From: an uncultured virus (IMG/VR IMGVR_UViG_3300015608_001493)
Lineage: Duplodnaviria > Heunggongvirae > Uroviricota > Caudoviricetes
Length of the DNA: 64,000 bases
IMG/VR virus record: IMGVR_UViG_3300015608_001493
Direction: 5' to 3' (one strand)
Both the position numbers and the translations under genes were made by a program. The notes below the pieces were generated by a model. The model did not search any database. It was not told the origin of the DNA and worked only from the letters and a program-made list of their open reading frames with translations. Below are positions 1 through 10,900 of this stretch, piece by piece; within the stretch, counting starts at the first letter, position 1, and each line of letters begins with the position of its first letter.

Positions 1-815
1 AGATATTGAGAATATTGTTCAGGAGTTCCTATTTGAGCTAATTCTGGAGATTGTTCAAATACAAAATTTACTCCTTTTTTTGTATCTACTCCTTGAGGTT
101 TTTCTTCTACTTCAACTCCAGGAATAGCAATTTCATTCTCTGTATAATTAGTACCACCTGGAACTGTTAGATTAGAATAGTGTGAGGTATTTTTTTCTTC
201 AAATGTTTCATAAGTATCACCATCTATATAATCACCTTGTTTTTTAAGCCCTTCACTTTCTTTAGTGGTATTAATCTCAACAGTATAGGTATATTTTAAA
301 AGTAACTCCCTTATAATATCTTCTTTGGATAAGTTAGGATTTTCACTTAGTATATTTTTAACAAGTTCTATTTGTTGATTAGATATACCTTGTTTTTGTA
401 AATCATTATAAAAACCTTCTAATTTATCAGATTTAGGTTCTCTTACCTTATTTGACAACAAAGCGTTGGCTACCTTAAGATGATAATTAGTAAAGTTATC
501 TGGTAAAGCAATAGAAATCTGATCAAGAATACTTCCTGCAACCTGTTCTTCATAAAGACCTTGATCTTTTCTAATTTGATCTATCTGATCTAAAAGTTTT
601 TCATTAGGAATAGCAAACCTATTGTTTAAAGGGTTTATTTCCCAAAGTTGACCTTGAACCCCATATGCACGATTAGATTCTTGACTCAACTGAGTTACCA
701 CGTCAAGAAATAATGGTACATCTTGAATTTTATGATTACTATCTATTGCTCCTAACTCTGTTAAAAAGTTTCGAGTATTATCTATTGCTTTTTTATTTGG
801 AAGTTGACACTGCAT
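1..815 (-). CDS. Large virion cargo-type protein, N-terminal part (truncated by window edge)
   Basis: Manually translated from ATG at 815 (MQCQLPNKKAID...), open to the window edge; contains YSNLTVPGGTNYTENEIA and PELAQIGTPEQYSQY segments of the kind seen in crAss-like cargo polyproteins. Absent from the ORF track because it has no stop. Confidence 0.7.
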   Translation of the reverse strand, partial: MQCQLPNKKAIDNTRNFLTELGAIDSNHKIQDVPLFLDVVTQLSQESNRAYGVQGQLWEINPLNNRFAIPNEKLLDQIDQIRKDQGLYEEQVAGSILDQISIALPDNFTNYHLKVANALLSNKVREPKSDKLEGFYNDLQKQGISNQQIELVKNILSENPNLSKEDIIRELLLKYTYTVEINTTKESEGLKKQGDYIDGDTYETFEEKNTSHYSNLTVPGGTNYTENEIAIPGVEVEEKPQGVDTKKGVNFVFEQSPELAQIGTPEQYSQY

Positions 816-824
816 AGTTTGAAT

Positions 825-968
825 TTAAAATGTGTAAGAAACTTCACTTTGACCTACGGTTAAAGTAAACCAAGACATAATATCTTGAAAAAGAACATGA
901 TCTAATGACCCTGAGTTCACTTGATCAATATCTAAAACAAAGGAGTCAAAAAGAATGTTATCAATCAT
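825..968 (-). CDS. Small hypothetical protein (47 aa)
   Basis: MIDNILFDSF...EVSYTF; ATGA overlap with the upstream gene stop; fills the gap exactly. Confidence 0.6.
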   Translation of the reverse strand: MIDNILFDSFVLDIDQVNSGSLDHVLFQDIMSWFTLTVGQSEVSYTF

Positions 969-3094
969 AACTGAGTAAGTAATGCTCTTACCTGAATGTT
1001 ATCAGGAATAGATGCTGGTGTAAACCTTATAAAGGTTGTTTCGTTTGCTTTGTCTGCGGTGTTATACGCACCCCAAGTAATACCGTCAGTTGACTTTTCC
1101 CATGTTCCGGATTGAGTTACTGAATCATCATCATCTAACAACCCATTAGTTATAGCGTTGTAAAGTCTTATTCTAAGAGTCGGTACTGTTCCTCCAAACG
1201 CAGTTTGAAACTTCCAGGCAAACGTCTTAGTGGTTTTGTTTGAAAGGTCTGCTGAGGGTAAATAATGAGAGTCGGTAGATAAATCTTCATAAATCACGGT
1301 AATTCCATATACCCTCGCAGGAATCATTGGTCCCATACCTAAGATAGCATATTCTATCTTAAATTGAATAGTAGAACCAGTAATAAATATATCACCTCGT
1401 TTGTTTACTGCGGTCCAACTACCACTATTATCATCTATCCCGGTTGTTCGATAAAATAACCTACACCCCTCTGTACAAGTTTGAAACTTGTTTAAGCCTA
1501 TATATGATGCCAGGGATAAATATACTTTTTCAATTTTGTTAGCATTAGAAAGCACAAACTTTGGAGAAATAACAAACTGATTAAGTGAATCTGGAAAACC
1601 CCAATGTGCAACAAACGGAACTGTTACAATTCGGTTCGTTTGAGATGATGTACCGTTTCTACAAACATGAGTAATACCATTTTCGCTCCATATGCTAAAA
1701 CCTGTTGTAAGGTTGTTTCCAGGGATTATAGGTGCGTCAGTTGAGGTTAGTGAGGAATCTTGAATCTTAAAATCTGCACCCCATACATAATCAAAAAAAT
1801 CCCCAGATGTATTAGGATACTGGGTTACATAAGAACGAGCACCACCACCACTTGTTGTTGTCAAGATAAAGGTATCAGCAGCAGATACGTATTCAATATT
1901 AGACAAAGCGTTAGTTACAGGAATAGTGTTTGCTCCACCCGGAGGTATTTCAACTCTGTTATCTGACTGCCAAGTGACATTACCTGATGTTATGTTAGAT
2001 ACTGCTGCTCTATAAATACGAGTTGATGTTACAAAATATAAAGATTTAACTCCACTTCCAGGACCATGAGATGTAGTTGCTACTCGCCCGTTATTAACCT
2101 GAGATAATGTACCTGCAACAGACTGTGCTCCTGTTATTATCAAGTTAGACCCAGTTAAAACCATTTGACCAGAGGTTATAGTGTCTGCTGCCCTAACGTT
2201 TAGTTTATAACAGGTAACACTTGTAGTACCGTTTAAAACATAAATAGAGTGGTCTGTTTTAGATACCTCGTCATCTATCATAAGTCCTGCTCCAACTTGT
2301 ATTGTAGTTGTGGCTGCGTCTGATAGTTTATAGACCAGTTTAAGGTTATCCGTAGTACCAGTTGATGCCGAGATAGTAGTACCAACAGTAGTGAAATCAC
2401 TATAATTAACGCCCTTTGCTACAAAGACCCCTCCATTAGCCAAGGTTGCGTTTGTGGTTACAACCATAGGTCGTAATTCTTCAATAACATAAGGTGTTCC
2501 AGATGCAATAGTGCCTGCTGAAAGAGATAAAGTTAATGATGTATCATTGGTAATCGAAGCGATGGTGTACCATGTAGTAATATTGTTTGGGTTAGTTGAA
2601 CCAAAACCAATTCTTGCACCTGCTGCAACCCTTTCTCCTTGAAAAGATGTTGAAGAACCTGTTACCGCCGTACCAGATACACCTACTGTTCCAGTAGTAT
2701 GAAGATATCTAGCGACTCGAAAACCACGCATAGTATGTGCAGTTGCAGTAGGTAGGGTCATTGTGATAAAACCTTTCCATGAATACAAGTTAGTAACCTT
2801 GTTATACTCATAAAGTGTAACACGACGAGTAGCAATTGCAGTTGCGTTATTTTCTACCAAAAACATCCAGTCGATAGTATCTGAAATAGTAATAACATGT
2901 GGGTACATGTTCGCAAATGTAGTTGATTCCTCCATTGGTCTAGCCACCGTATTTGGAATAGTAGAGATATAGTTATCCTCTGCGTTTGGACCAGTATACT
3001 GTTTAAATAACGATCCTAAATTCCATTTAGTGGAATCATATGAAGTGATAGGAGTTGTTGCAGATGTTGCTAAATATTCAGCAGCGAGTTTCAT
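965..3094 (-). CDS. Putative tail/receptor-binding structural protein
   Basis: 709 aa, Thr/Ser/Gly-rich and beta-rich composition; translationally coupled to the tail-fibre gene. Confidence 0.55.
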   Translation of the reverse strand: MKLAAEYLATSATTPITSYDSTKWNLGSLFKQYTGPNAEDNYISTIPNTVARPMEESTTFANMYPHVITISDTIDWMFLVENNATAIATRRVTLYEYNKVTNLYSWKGFITMTLPTATAHTMRGFRVARYLHTTGTVGVSGTAVTGSSTSFQGERVAAGARIGFGSTNPNNITTWYTIASITNDTSLTLSLSAGTIASGTPYVIEELRPMVVTTNATLANGGVFVAKGVNYSDFTTVGTTISASTGTTDNLKLVYKLSDAATTTIQVGAGLMIDDEVSKTDHSIYVLNGTTSVTCYKLNVRAADTITSGQMVLTGSNLIITGAQSVAGTLSQVNNGRVATTSHGPGSGVKSLYFVTSTRIYRAAVSNITSGNVTWQSDNRVEIPPGGANTIPVTNALSNIEYVSAADTFILTTTSGGGARSYVTQYPNTSGDFFDYVWGADFKIQDSSLTSTDAPIIPGNNLTTGFSIWSENGITHVCRNGTSSQTNRIVTVPFVAHWGFPDSLNQFVISPKFVLSNANKIEKVYLSLASYIGLNKFQTCTEGCRLFYRTTGIDDNSGSWTAVNKRGDIFITGSTIQFKIEYAILGMGPMIPARVYGITVIYEDLSTDSHYLPSADLSNKTTKTFAWKFQTAFGGTVPTLRIRLYNAITNGLLDDDDSVTQSGTWEKSTDGITWGAYNTADKANETTFIRFTPASIPDNIQVRALLTQL

Positions 3095-4137
3095 ACTGTA
3101 CTATTATAGTAAAAAGTTAAAATAAAGTTTTTAATTCCACTGTTTGAAACAACCTCATACTGAATCTTATCTTCTTTTAAGATTGAAGTTGTCCATCCAG
3201 AAAGCGTGTTATCTAAAAGTGATGAAGAACTCAGATTTACTGTACCCATTAGGGTTCCATTTTTCTTTATCTCAATACTAATATTTCCTGAAATTGGGTT
3301 TCCTGTGCCTGTTTCAAAAGAATCAATCCTAAAACCTGAAAGAACACCATTAGATTTAATTCTTGAAAACCCTTTCATACCAAGTGAAATATCTGAGTTT
3401 CCACCAAGTGTGTTTAACCCAAATGACTCTTGAACAATATGTGTGTGCCCAACATCACTCTTGCCACTTAGTGCTGTACTCAACCCTACCACGTCAGGGA
3501 TTGTATGAGTATGCACAACAGGGGATTTGTTATCCAATGCTGTCTGTAAACCTGTGGTATCAGCAATCACATGGGTGTGCCCTACATTACTTTTACCATC
3601 TAATGTTGTTTGAAGGTTTGTCACATCAGCAATTAAATGTGAGTGTGCAGACGGGTTAAAACCTAATGGTTTGTTTTGCACACCTGACCAGTCAACATTG
3701 TCTGCTGTAACCGCAGAGTTCACCTTACCGTCATCGTTTGGATCATATACTGATTTGAGCATATCTCCACCAAACGTTTGTTGAGATTTCCAGTAATCTA
3801 ATGTTGCAGGACTTATAAACCTGTCTGTGATCGTGTTGTTTAACGCCTCAGCGTTAGTTGCTTGATAAGGAAACTCACCAACAAAACTCCATCCCGTTGT
3901 ATCTGCAAAATAATAACCTTTCGGATAGTAACTGCCTCCTAACCAAGTTGGAATCCATTTTGATCCTTCCGAGTTTTTCACCATCCATACTTCACCTTGA
4001 TGAGAACTATAAGAAGGTAAAGCGGAATAGTTTGTTACTATTCCGCTATAAGGAGCACCACCACTACTGTTATGTATTAAGCATTGAAGAACTTTTAAAA
4101 TTCTTTCATGCTTCGCTACTATTGCTTCTAACCTCAT
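3091..4137 (-). CDS. Tail fibre protein with His-x-His phage tail repeats
   Basis: About 3.5 tandem 22-aa repeats H(S/T)HxIxDxxxLxxxLxxKS, typical of phage tail repeat-like fibres; GDMLKSVYDP motif. Confidence 0.75.
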   Translation of the reverse strand: MRLEAIVAKHERILKVLQCLIHNSSGGAPYSGIVTNYSALPSYSSHQGEVWMVKNSEGSKWIPTWLGGSYYPKGYYFADTTGWSFVGEFPYQATNAEALNNTITDRFISPATLDYWKSQQTFGGDMLKSVYDPNDDGKVNSAVTADNVDWSGVQNKPLGFNPSAHSHLIADVTNLQTTLDGKSNVGHTHVIADTTGLQTALDNKSPVVHTHTIPDVVGLSTALSGKSDVGHTHIVQESFGLNTLGGNSDISLGMKGFSRIKSNGVLSGFRIDSFETGTGNPISGNISIEIKKNGTLMGTVNLSSSSLLDNTLSGWTTSILKEDKIQYEVVSNSGIKNFILTFYYNSTV

Positions 4138-4981
4138 CTTTTAATGAGTTCAACATTTTAATTAATTCGGGTTGAGGAGCACAATCACTTTTATCTGTAC
4201 GATAAGAAGTATGGGAATAAATACCTGGTTTTGAGTTAAGCGCATCAAGGTTAATATCAAAGATTTTAGTAAAATCATTGTTTAACCCTTCTTTGATAAC
4301 CGGGTATTTTTCCATTAGATATAAGATGAGTTTCTTCAAACTTTCAAGTTGAGCAGGATGATAAGTTTCAAACCCTGTGTAACCTCGATAGTTTTTTGTT
4401 TTCCAGACATCTTTTTCTGGAATCTGTTGATTATAGGAAGAAATCCACTTGTTGTTTCTTGAAATGAGTCCACCTGCGCTATCCAGTTCAATACCAATTG
4501 TCTGGCTATTATATTTATCGTTTAGTTCGTTTGTCCTATAACGAAACGAAATACGATTACTCGACATAGTAACTCCCAGATGGTGTATCCATTTATCCAA
4601 CGGAACGCATTGATAAATGTTACCAAACCTATCAATTATAAAATGAGCACCTACTCGTCTATGGTCTGTTTTCCACCATTGAATATCACCAACAGCACTA
4701 TTAGATGGACTCACAGTGTGATGTAAAACAATTGCGTTTTTAGATGTGCTTTCGTTAATATACTCCTTTGGAGGTAAATAATCTTCAATAATCTTAATAT
4801 CCATAGATATATCGTGTTCTTCTTTTACAACTGTAAAAGGTTGGGGTTCTATGTCATTTGGTTCAGTCAACTCAGTAGATTCAGTAGGTTCAATAATCTG
4901 AATTGTTTCTGGAAGAGTGACGCTTACATCAGGTTTAGATGTAAACCAATCAACTATAAATTTAATAATTTTTTGCCACAT
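4106..4981 (-). CDS. N-acetylmuramoyl-L-alanine amidase (Amidase_2 family endolysin)
   Basis: IVLHHT, AHFIID, IGIEL and SHTSYRTDKSDC zinc-amidase motifs. Confidence 0.9.
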   Translation of the reverse strand: MWQKIIKFIVDWFTSKPDVSVTLPETIQIIEPTESTELTEPNDIEPQPFTVVKEEHDISMDIKIIEDYLPPKEYINESTSKNAIVLHHTVSPSNSAVGDIQWWKTDHRRVGAHFIIDRFGNIYQCVPLDKWIHHLGVTMSSNRISFRYRTNELNDKYNSQTIGIELDSAGGLISRNNKWISSYNQQIPEKDVWKTKNYRGYTGFETYHPAQLESLKKLILYLMEKYPVIKEGLNNDFTKIFDINLDALNSKPGIYSHTSYRTDKSDCAPQPELIKMLNSLKDEVRSNSSEA

Positions 4982-4999
4982 ATTATTTAATATTTTGTA

Positions 5000-7900
5000 T
5001 TAGAATCCTATACATCTTTTACTTTGTTCATCATATCCAAATAACGATAATTGAGATGAACCTTTTGATTTTTCTCCGAATCTTGCTTTAAATAAAGTTT
5101 CATCTGAAATATCTTGTCCTTCTTTATTTCTAAAAGTCCAACCTTTTGGAGCTAATATCGTTGTAGGTATTCCTAATTTAATTCCAGCTTTAGCTCCAGC
5201 TTCATCAAAACCTGTTTGTCCTCCTGTTCTAATAGAGTTTATTTTAACTTTTAATTTAGGAGATTCAATAACTGCTTTTAATAACTGATAAGTAAATTCA
5301 TCAACTTGTTGTTGTGTATATTTACCTTTCATGGTATATATACCATTACCTGCTATATTGAGACTTATTTCTTTAAGCTCTTGTTTAGTTACTATTTCAA
5401 ATTCTATTGCTGCTGCACCATCCTTATATCTTTCAATAGCTTTAATACCTTCTTGTGTCCATCCTTCTTTATTCCAAGTTCCTAAAAATCCAGGAGTTCC
5501 TTTAGGGTGAATAGCTGTAACTCTTGTTAAAATTTGTTTAGTTGTTCCATCAGCAGACTTACCAAATTGTTTTACAATATCCCCAACTTTAATATTGTAT
5601 TTTTCCATTTCTCCTACACTTCTTGTAGTTCTAGTTCTTATACCAGCTTCTATCATATCAATAGAATGAGGGGTATTACCTAATATTTTTTTAGCTTCAG
5701 CATTAGCTTCTTGTTTTGTACCAAAGACTTCTATACCAGATACTAGATTTTGAGGAATATCTGCTACAGAAGAATCTTCTTTACCTATAGAATTTAAAGT
5801 GTCAACTATTTTGTCAATTCTTTCCTGAGTAATCTCAAAATTATTAGCATTGATAGGCATATACTTCTTACCTTGACTTTGAACAGAGGATTTTGTTAAC
5901 TTCTCACCAGCAGTTTCAAAATCTATTGCAAGAGCAAGAGTAGCATCAGCAGAAGCATTTTTTATCGTTCTTTCCTTATAACCAGTAGACTGTTCTTCTT
6001 GAAACTGAATATTATTAGAAACTATTAAGGGATTTAATTTTGAAAAATATTTTTTTGGTATAGAATATCTATCTCCTTCTTCTTTGTCCCAAACAAATAA
6101 AAAGTCTCCATTATCTTCTAATACAACTATTTGATTTCCATAATAATTACTTTCAGGATCATTCATAAATCCACCGTTCTCATAAGATTGTTGCCTTGGT
6201 AATTGACCAAGAGTTTTTATTACAGTTTGCTGAGGTAAACTTCCACTTTCCAGCAAGGGTACTTGATTAGTAACATCCTCAAAGTTAATACTTTGTGTTT
6301 CAACTGGTGTTCCTGAAATCACAATTGCTGTATTTCTTGCTCTTGTTAATCCTACATAAATACTCTCAGATTTTTCTTTTGCTGTAATTGGACCAACAGA
6401 AAGTATATCTTTTTCATCTACCACTACAATATTGTATGTAGAACCCTGAGATTTATGTGAGGTGATAGCATAACCATAATCAATGTTTGCAAAGGCTTGC
6501 TTATAAGCCCAGGCTTCTTGTAATAAACGACTGTATGCAACTGTACCTTTTGCCGCAAAAGCAACTTTAAATTTTTCTGACACTATATCATTAAACTTCT
6601 TTTTATCACTTTCTAAAACAACAGAGATTGTGGTTAAACGATTGTCATAAACTATTTCTAAATCAACATATTGGATACCATTTTGATCCTTGTCAGCAGG
6701 AGAAACAGTTACAACTTGAGCCTCCGTCGCATTTTCAATCTCACCAAATGAATCATTAAAAATGATTAATTCTCCTTCTTCAAAAGGGTTTGCGTCAGGA
6801 CCAAATATTGCATGGTGAACTGTATTGTTAATAAACTGTCGAGTATTGTTTCGATAAGTTACAACTTTAACATGATTCGGGTTTTTTTCTTTTATTGCTT
6901 TGAAAAACTCTGAAATAAGAAAATCTTGAACGTCAGCAAAAGCATTTATAAAAATTAAGTTACCATTAGGGGTAATCTGATTAACTCTGTTTTCATTTGG
7001 TACAGGGTTTTCTGACGGGTTTAACTTTTGAGAGTTTTCCCAGAAAAAATCAGCAAAGGGTAATATTGGGTTTGCTTCACCTTGACGAACGCGAGTAACT
7101 AACCTAGATTTATTACTAGTATCAAACACAGGTGATTTTTTTTCAAATAAATGTTGACGATTTTTAAAATAAGGATTTTCTACGGTTCTAATTGGAGGCA
7201 ACTGGCCAATATCTCCAAGAAAGATTACTTTGGCACCCTTAGGTTTTTTGTCAAACAGTTTTTCTAATATTTCCTCGTTAACCATCGAGGCTTCATCAAT
7301 TAATATGATATCTGCTTTTGTTACAGGTGGCGCACTGACTAGGTTCTTCTTATCAGTAAACTGTCCTGTTTCTAAATCTAAACTTTCACCAAACAATGAG
7401 GCTAACGTATAAAATTTAGCACGTACACCGCTTTGTTTAAACTTATCTTCAATAACCTTAGTAGCTTTATGAGATAGTGCTGCTACAACCGTAGTTTTTC
7501 CAGGAAATGCTTTTACAATCTTTTCAGCAATCGTTGTTTTTCCTGTGCCAGCCTTTCCCTCTATTATATAAAAATCGTTAGCGTTTCCTGTTTCAATAAA
7601 CTCAATTGCTTGATCAATAGCATTTTGTTGTTCTTTATTTAACACTATGTTTAACGGATTTGATAAATCGCTATCTTCAAACTCAACATCTTGTGTATCA
7701 TCTTGGGGTTCTTCAACTTGATAAATGAAATCAAGGTTTTTGGTATAATCCATTAAACGATAGGACTCAGAATTGTTTTTCTTTTCTGATGTTAAACTGT
7801 CTTTGCGATAACTTTTAAAGTGTTCATAAAACAGTGCTCTGAACCTTTTACGTTGATTTGGTGTCAGTTTTGTATAATTATCTAACGCTTCTGTAATAAT

Positions 7901-10900
7901 AGGAGTTACAAACTCTTCTGGAATTAAGTCTGAAAAGTAAATATTAGATTTACTCCATCCACTTTGAATTAGACCTACAAGAGCAAGGTTTTCTGCAAAC
8001 GCTTTGGTGTCTTCCCTTGATAAAAGAGTTCTAAACTCCTCAGTAATTTTGTTTTTATCATCAGGGGAGTTTTCAAAACCTAAGAATATCTGTTGGTTAA
8101 AAACTCGATCAGGACGATGTTTAGAAATGTTAACAATTAAGATGTCTAAAAGTCTTAGATTCAACCCTTCTTTTTTAAGTTTAGTCTTAATTCTACGAGC
8201 CTCTTTGGTCAAGTTTAATGACTTGTCACCTTGAAGAAACTCGATGGCTTGATTAAATATTAAACCATTGTGAGTACCAAAAGATTGAACTACTGCTAAC
8301 AAGAAATCACTTGTTAAAAGACGATATGCTGTTTCTTGATCTCTATAATTAGAAGATGCTTGCCCAAAAAAGTTTAGGTTGTTATCTGAATATAGGATAG
8401 GAAAAATTCTCTTAATAATGTTTTTGAGAATATCCGAAGTATAAAGTCCACTGATAACAGAGTTGGTTTTAACTTCATCTATTTGTGCTCTATCAACAAT
8501 TTTGATTCGAATTGCTTTAAGATAGTTCTCCTCTCTCTCTTGAACCTTCATCATGTTGTTATCAGGAGAGGTATCAAAGTTTAATGCTGATTGTGTTACT
8601 CGAATTGCATTCGCTTGACTTAAAAGTTTAAGATAGTGAGCAAACGCTGCACGTTGTTGATTTGTAACTGGTTCCTCCATTACCTTTTGAATGTCAAACT
8701 TTGGAGATTCAAGTTTTAACTGATTCTCAAAACGATCAAGGATTCCATCTTCTTGATAGAGTTGTTTTTCAAACTCTGAATAGTTAGGTACAGGAAAACC
8801 ACCTCTTATTTGAATTGGTATTTCTACACCTAAAAGATCAGATGTTATCTGGAGTTTAGCCATCCAAGGTTTCCGACCTTGTTTAACAAGGTCGTCTACC
8901 TTTCGCTTATACTGATAGATAATTGGTTGATGCCAAAGTTTCAAAATTGAGTCATAGTCATAGCCTAATACACTTGAAGCGTAAATACTTGCTGCAAAAT
9001 CTGAAATATCAAAGTTAGTCTGACCAAAAGTATCATCGGAGGGCATGTCCACAGTAACGTTAATTAACTGTGAAATAACCTCAGATTTAGGAGTTCCATC
9101 AGCAGTGTTCGGAAGAGCAACATTAAACTGACCATCAACGAATCGTTTTGATCTTTCTTTTTCATCTAAAAGAACAGGGTTGATTTTTGATGTTGTCAGG
9201 GTTGCACCTTTAAAATCTAGAATCCCATAGGTACCATTAACTCGCCATTTATGTCGCTGCATTAATGAGTAGAAAGTGTTCCATACTGCCGCAACACCTA
9301 AAAGGTTTTTACTTTTTAGGGTTCTAAACTTGGAGAAGTTACCTTTGAGGGTAACAACCATTGTACCTTTTGGCTCTTCATATTGGATGTTAAGGTCTTT
9401 GAGAACAGGTTTAACCTTGTTGAAAATATAGTCAGGTGAGTTAGGAGTAATAAGTTTATAATAGTTAATAGGATGTAAAAGAATTTCCTTAGAGGCTCTA
9501 ATCATTCTATTCTGAACTCCTTTAACCCCGTTTTCTGAAAGTTGACCCTCCTCAGAAATAGATGGAAATATAACACTCAGTTTATCATAGTCATAGTCAG
9601 TACCGGATTGAGTAGTGATCTCTGGGGGACACACTAAGGTAGGACCATAGAACGATGGGAGAAACTCTCGAACAACCATAACTTCCATAGAGTTAAGTCC
9701 CTGTGTAGGAATACGATAACCCACAATAGTTAGTTGATCTTTGAATTTTTCTACAAACTCGTCTTTTAACAAAAGTTGATTAAGTGCCTCGGTACGATTA
9801 AGAATGTTATCTTCTTTTCCATTAACCTCTAACCTGTCAGAGACTTCTGGAAGGTTAAGTAAGTTTTTAAAATCTCCAATCATTGACACCTTACATTCTG
9901 CCGCTTGAACCTTACCATCTTTAAAATGATAAAACCCTAACTCTCTGGTTTTTCCGTTTTTGTTTGCAAGTTTTCTATCAAAAATAGAAGAGGAAACCTG
10001 AATGAGTTGCGCACCACTTAATTTTTGAACAGCAATCTTTTTGACAATTGAAGCTAAAAGGTTCTGAATCTGTTGATTACCCAAAGACGCTTCAAAATAT
10101 TTATAATAGTTTTGTCTTTCCCCTTCGGTCAATTTACCTTGTTTAAACTTGTCAAAGAAAACAGTAAGGTTTTCTGGAAGGTCTCTGCGTTTAGATTCTT
10201 TAAGAAGAATATCCGCAACTGTTTCTAAGTTCATTTTAGAGTAGTCCAGTACACCTTGATTATCTACAATACCAAACTCTTTTAAAACTTCTTGTTTAGT
10301 AAGGTTTGAAAACTCCTGGTTTGCTTTTTCCCACTCTTCAATGAGTGGGTCCAATCCTACTAATGAAAGGCCACTTTGAACTAATTTACGAAACTGAGAA
10401 CCAAAGGTGTTCTTCTCTTTAACCTTATTGGGTGTTTTAATTTGCTCTGCTAAATATTCAACTTTAAGTTCGTGAGCAGAGTCTTCCAGAGATACTTGAA
10501 CTTCTCCATTTTCAACCTTAGAAATAAAGTCTGAAATACCAAAGTTTGCAATTTTTGTACCAGATTCAAACTTTGTATAACCTATGTTTTCAACCATCAT
10601 GGTTTTTAACAAAGCCTTTGCCACAGGTTTACCCTTGGTAAACTGTGGAAACAATGGTGTAAGAGCAAACTTATCCATAACCTCAGACACTACTGGTCCA
10701 GTTTCTCCATTTTTAAACCCTGGTCCACGTTGTGTGTATTTCAGTTTAGGGAACACAACCTTTCCTTTTTCAATGAGTTTCAATCCCTCTACTCTGATTT
10801 TCTCTTCCTCTTCTGTTAGTTCTCGAACAATACCAAACTCTTGAATTTCCTCTTTGGAAAAATAATCTAATGCGTTTTTACGCATATCATATACAAGGGC

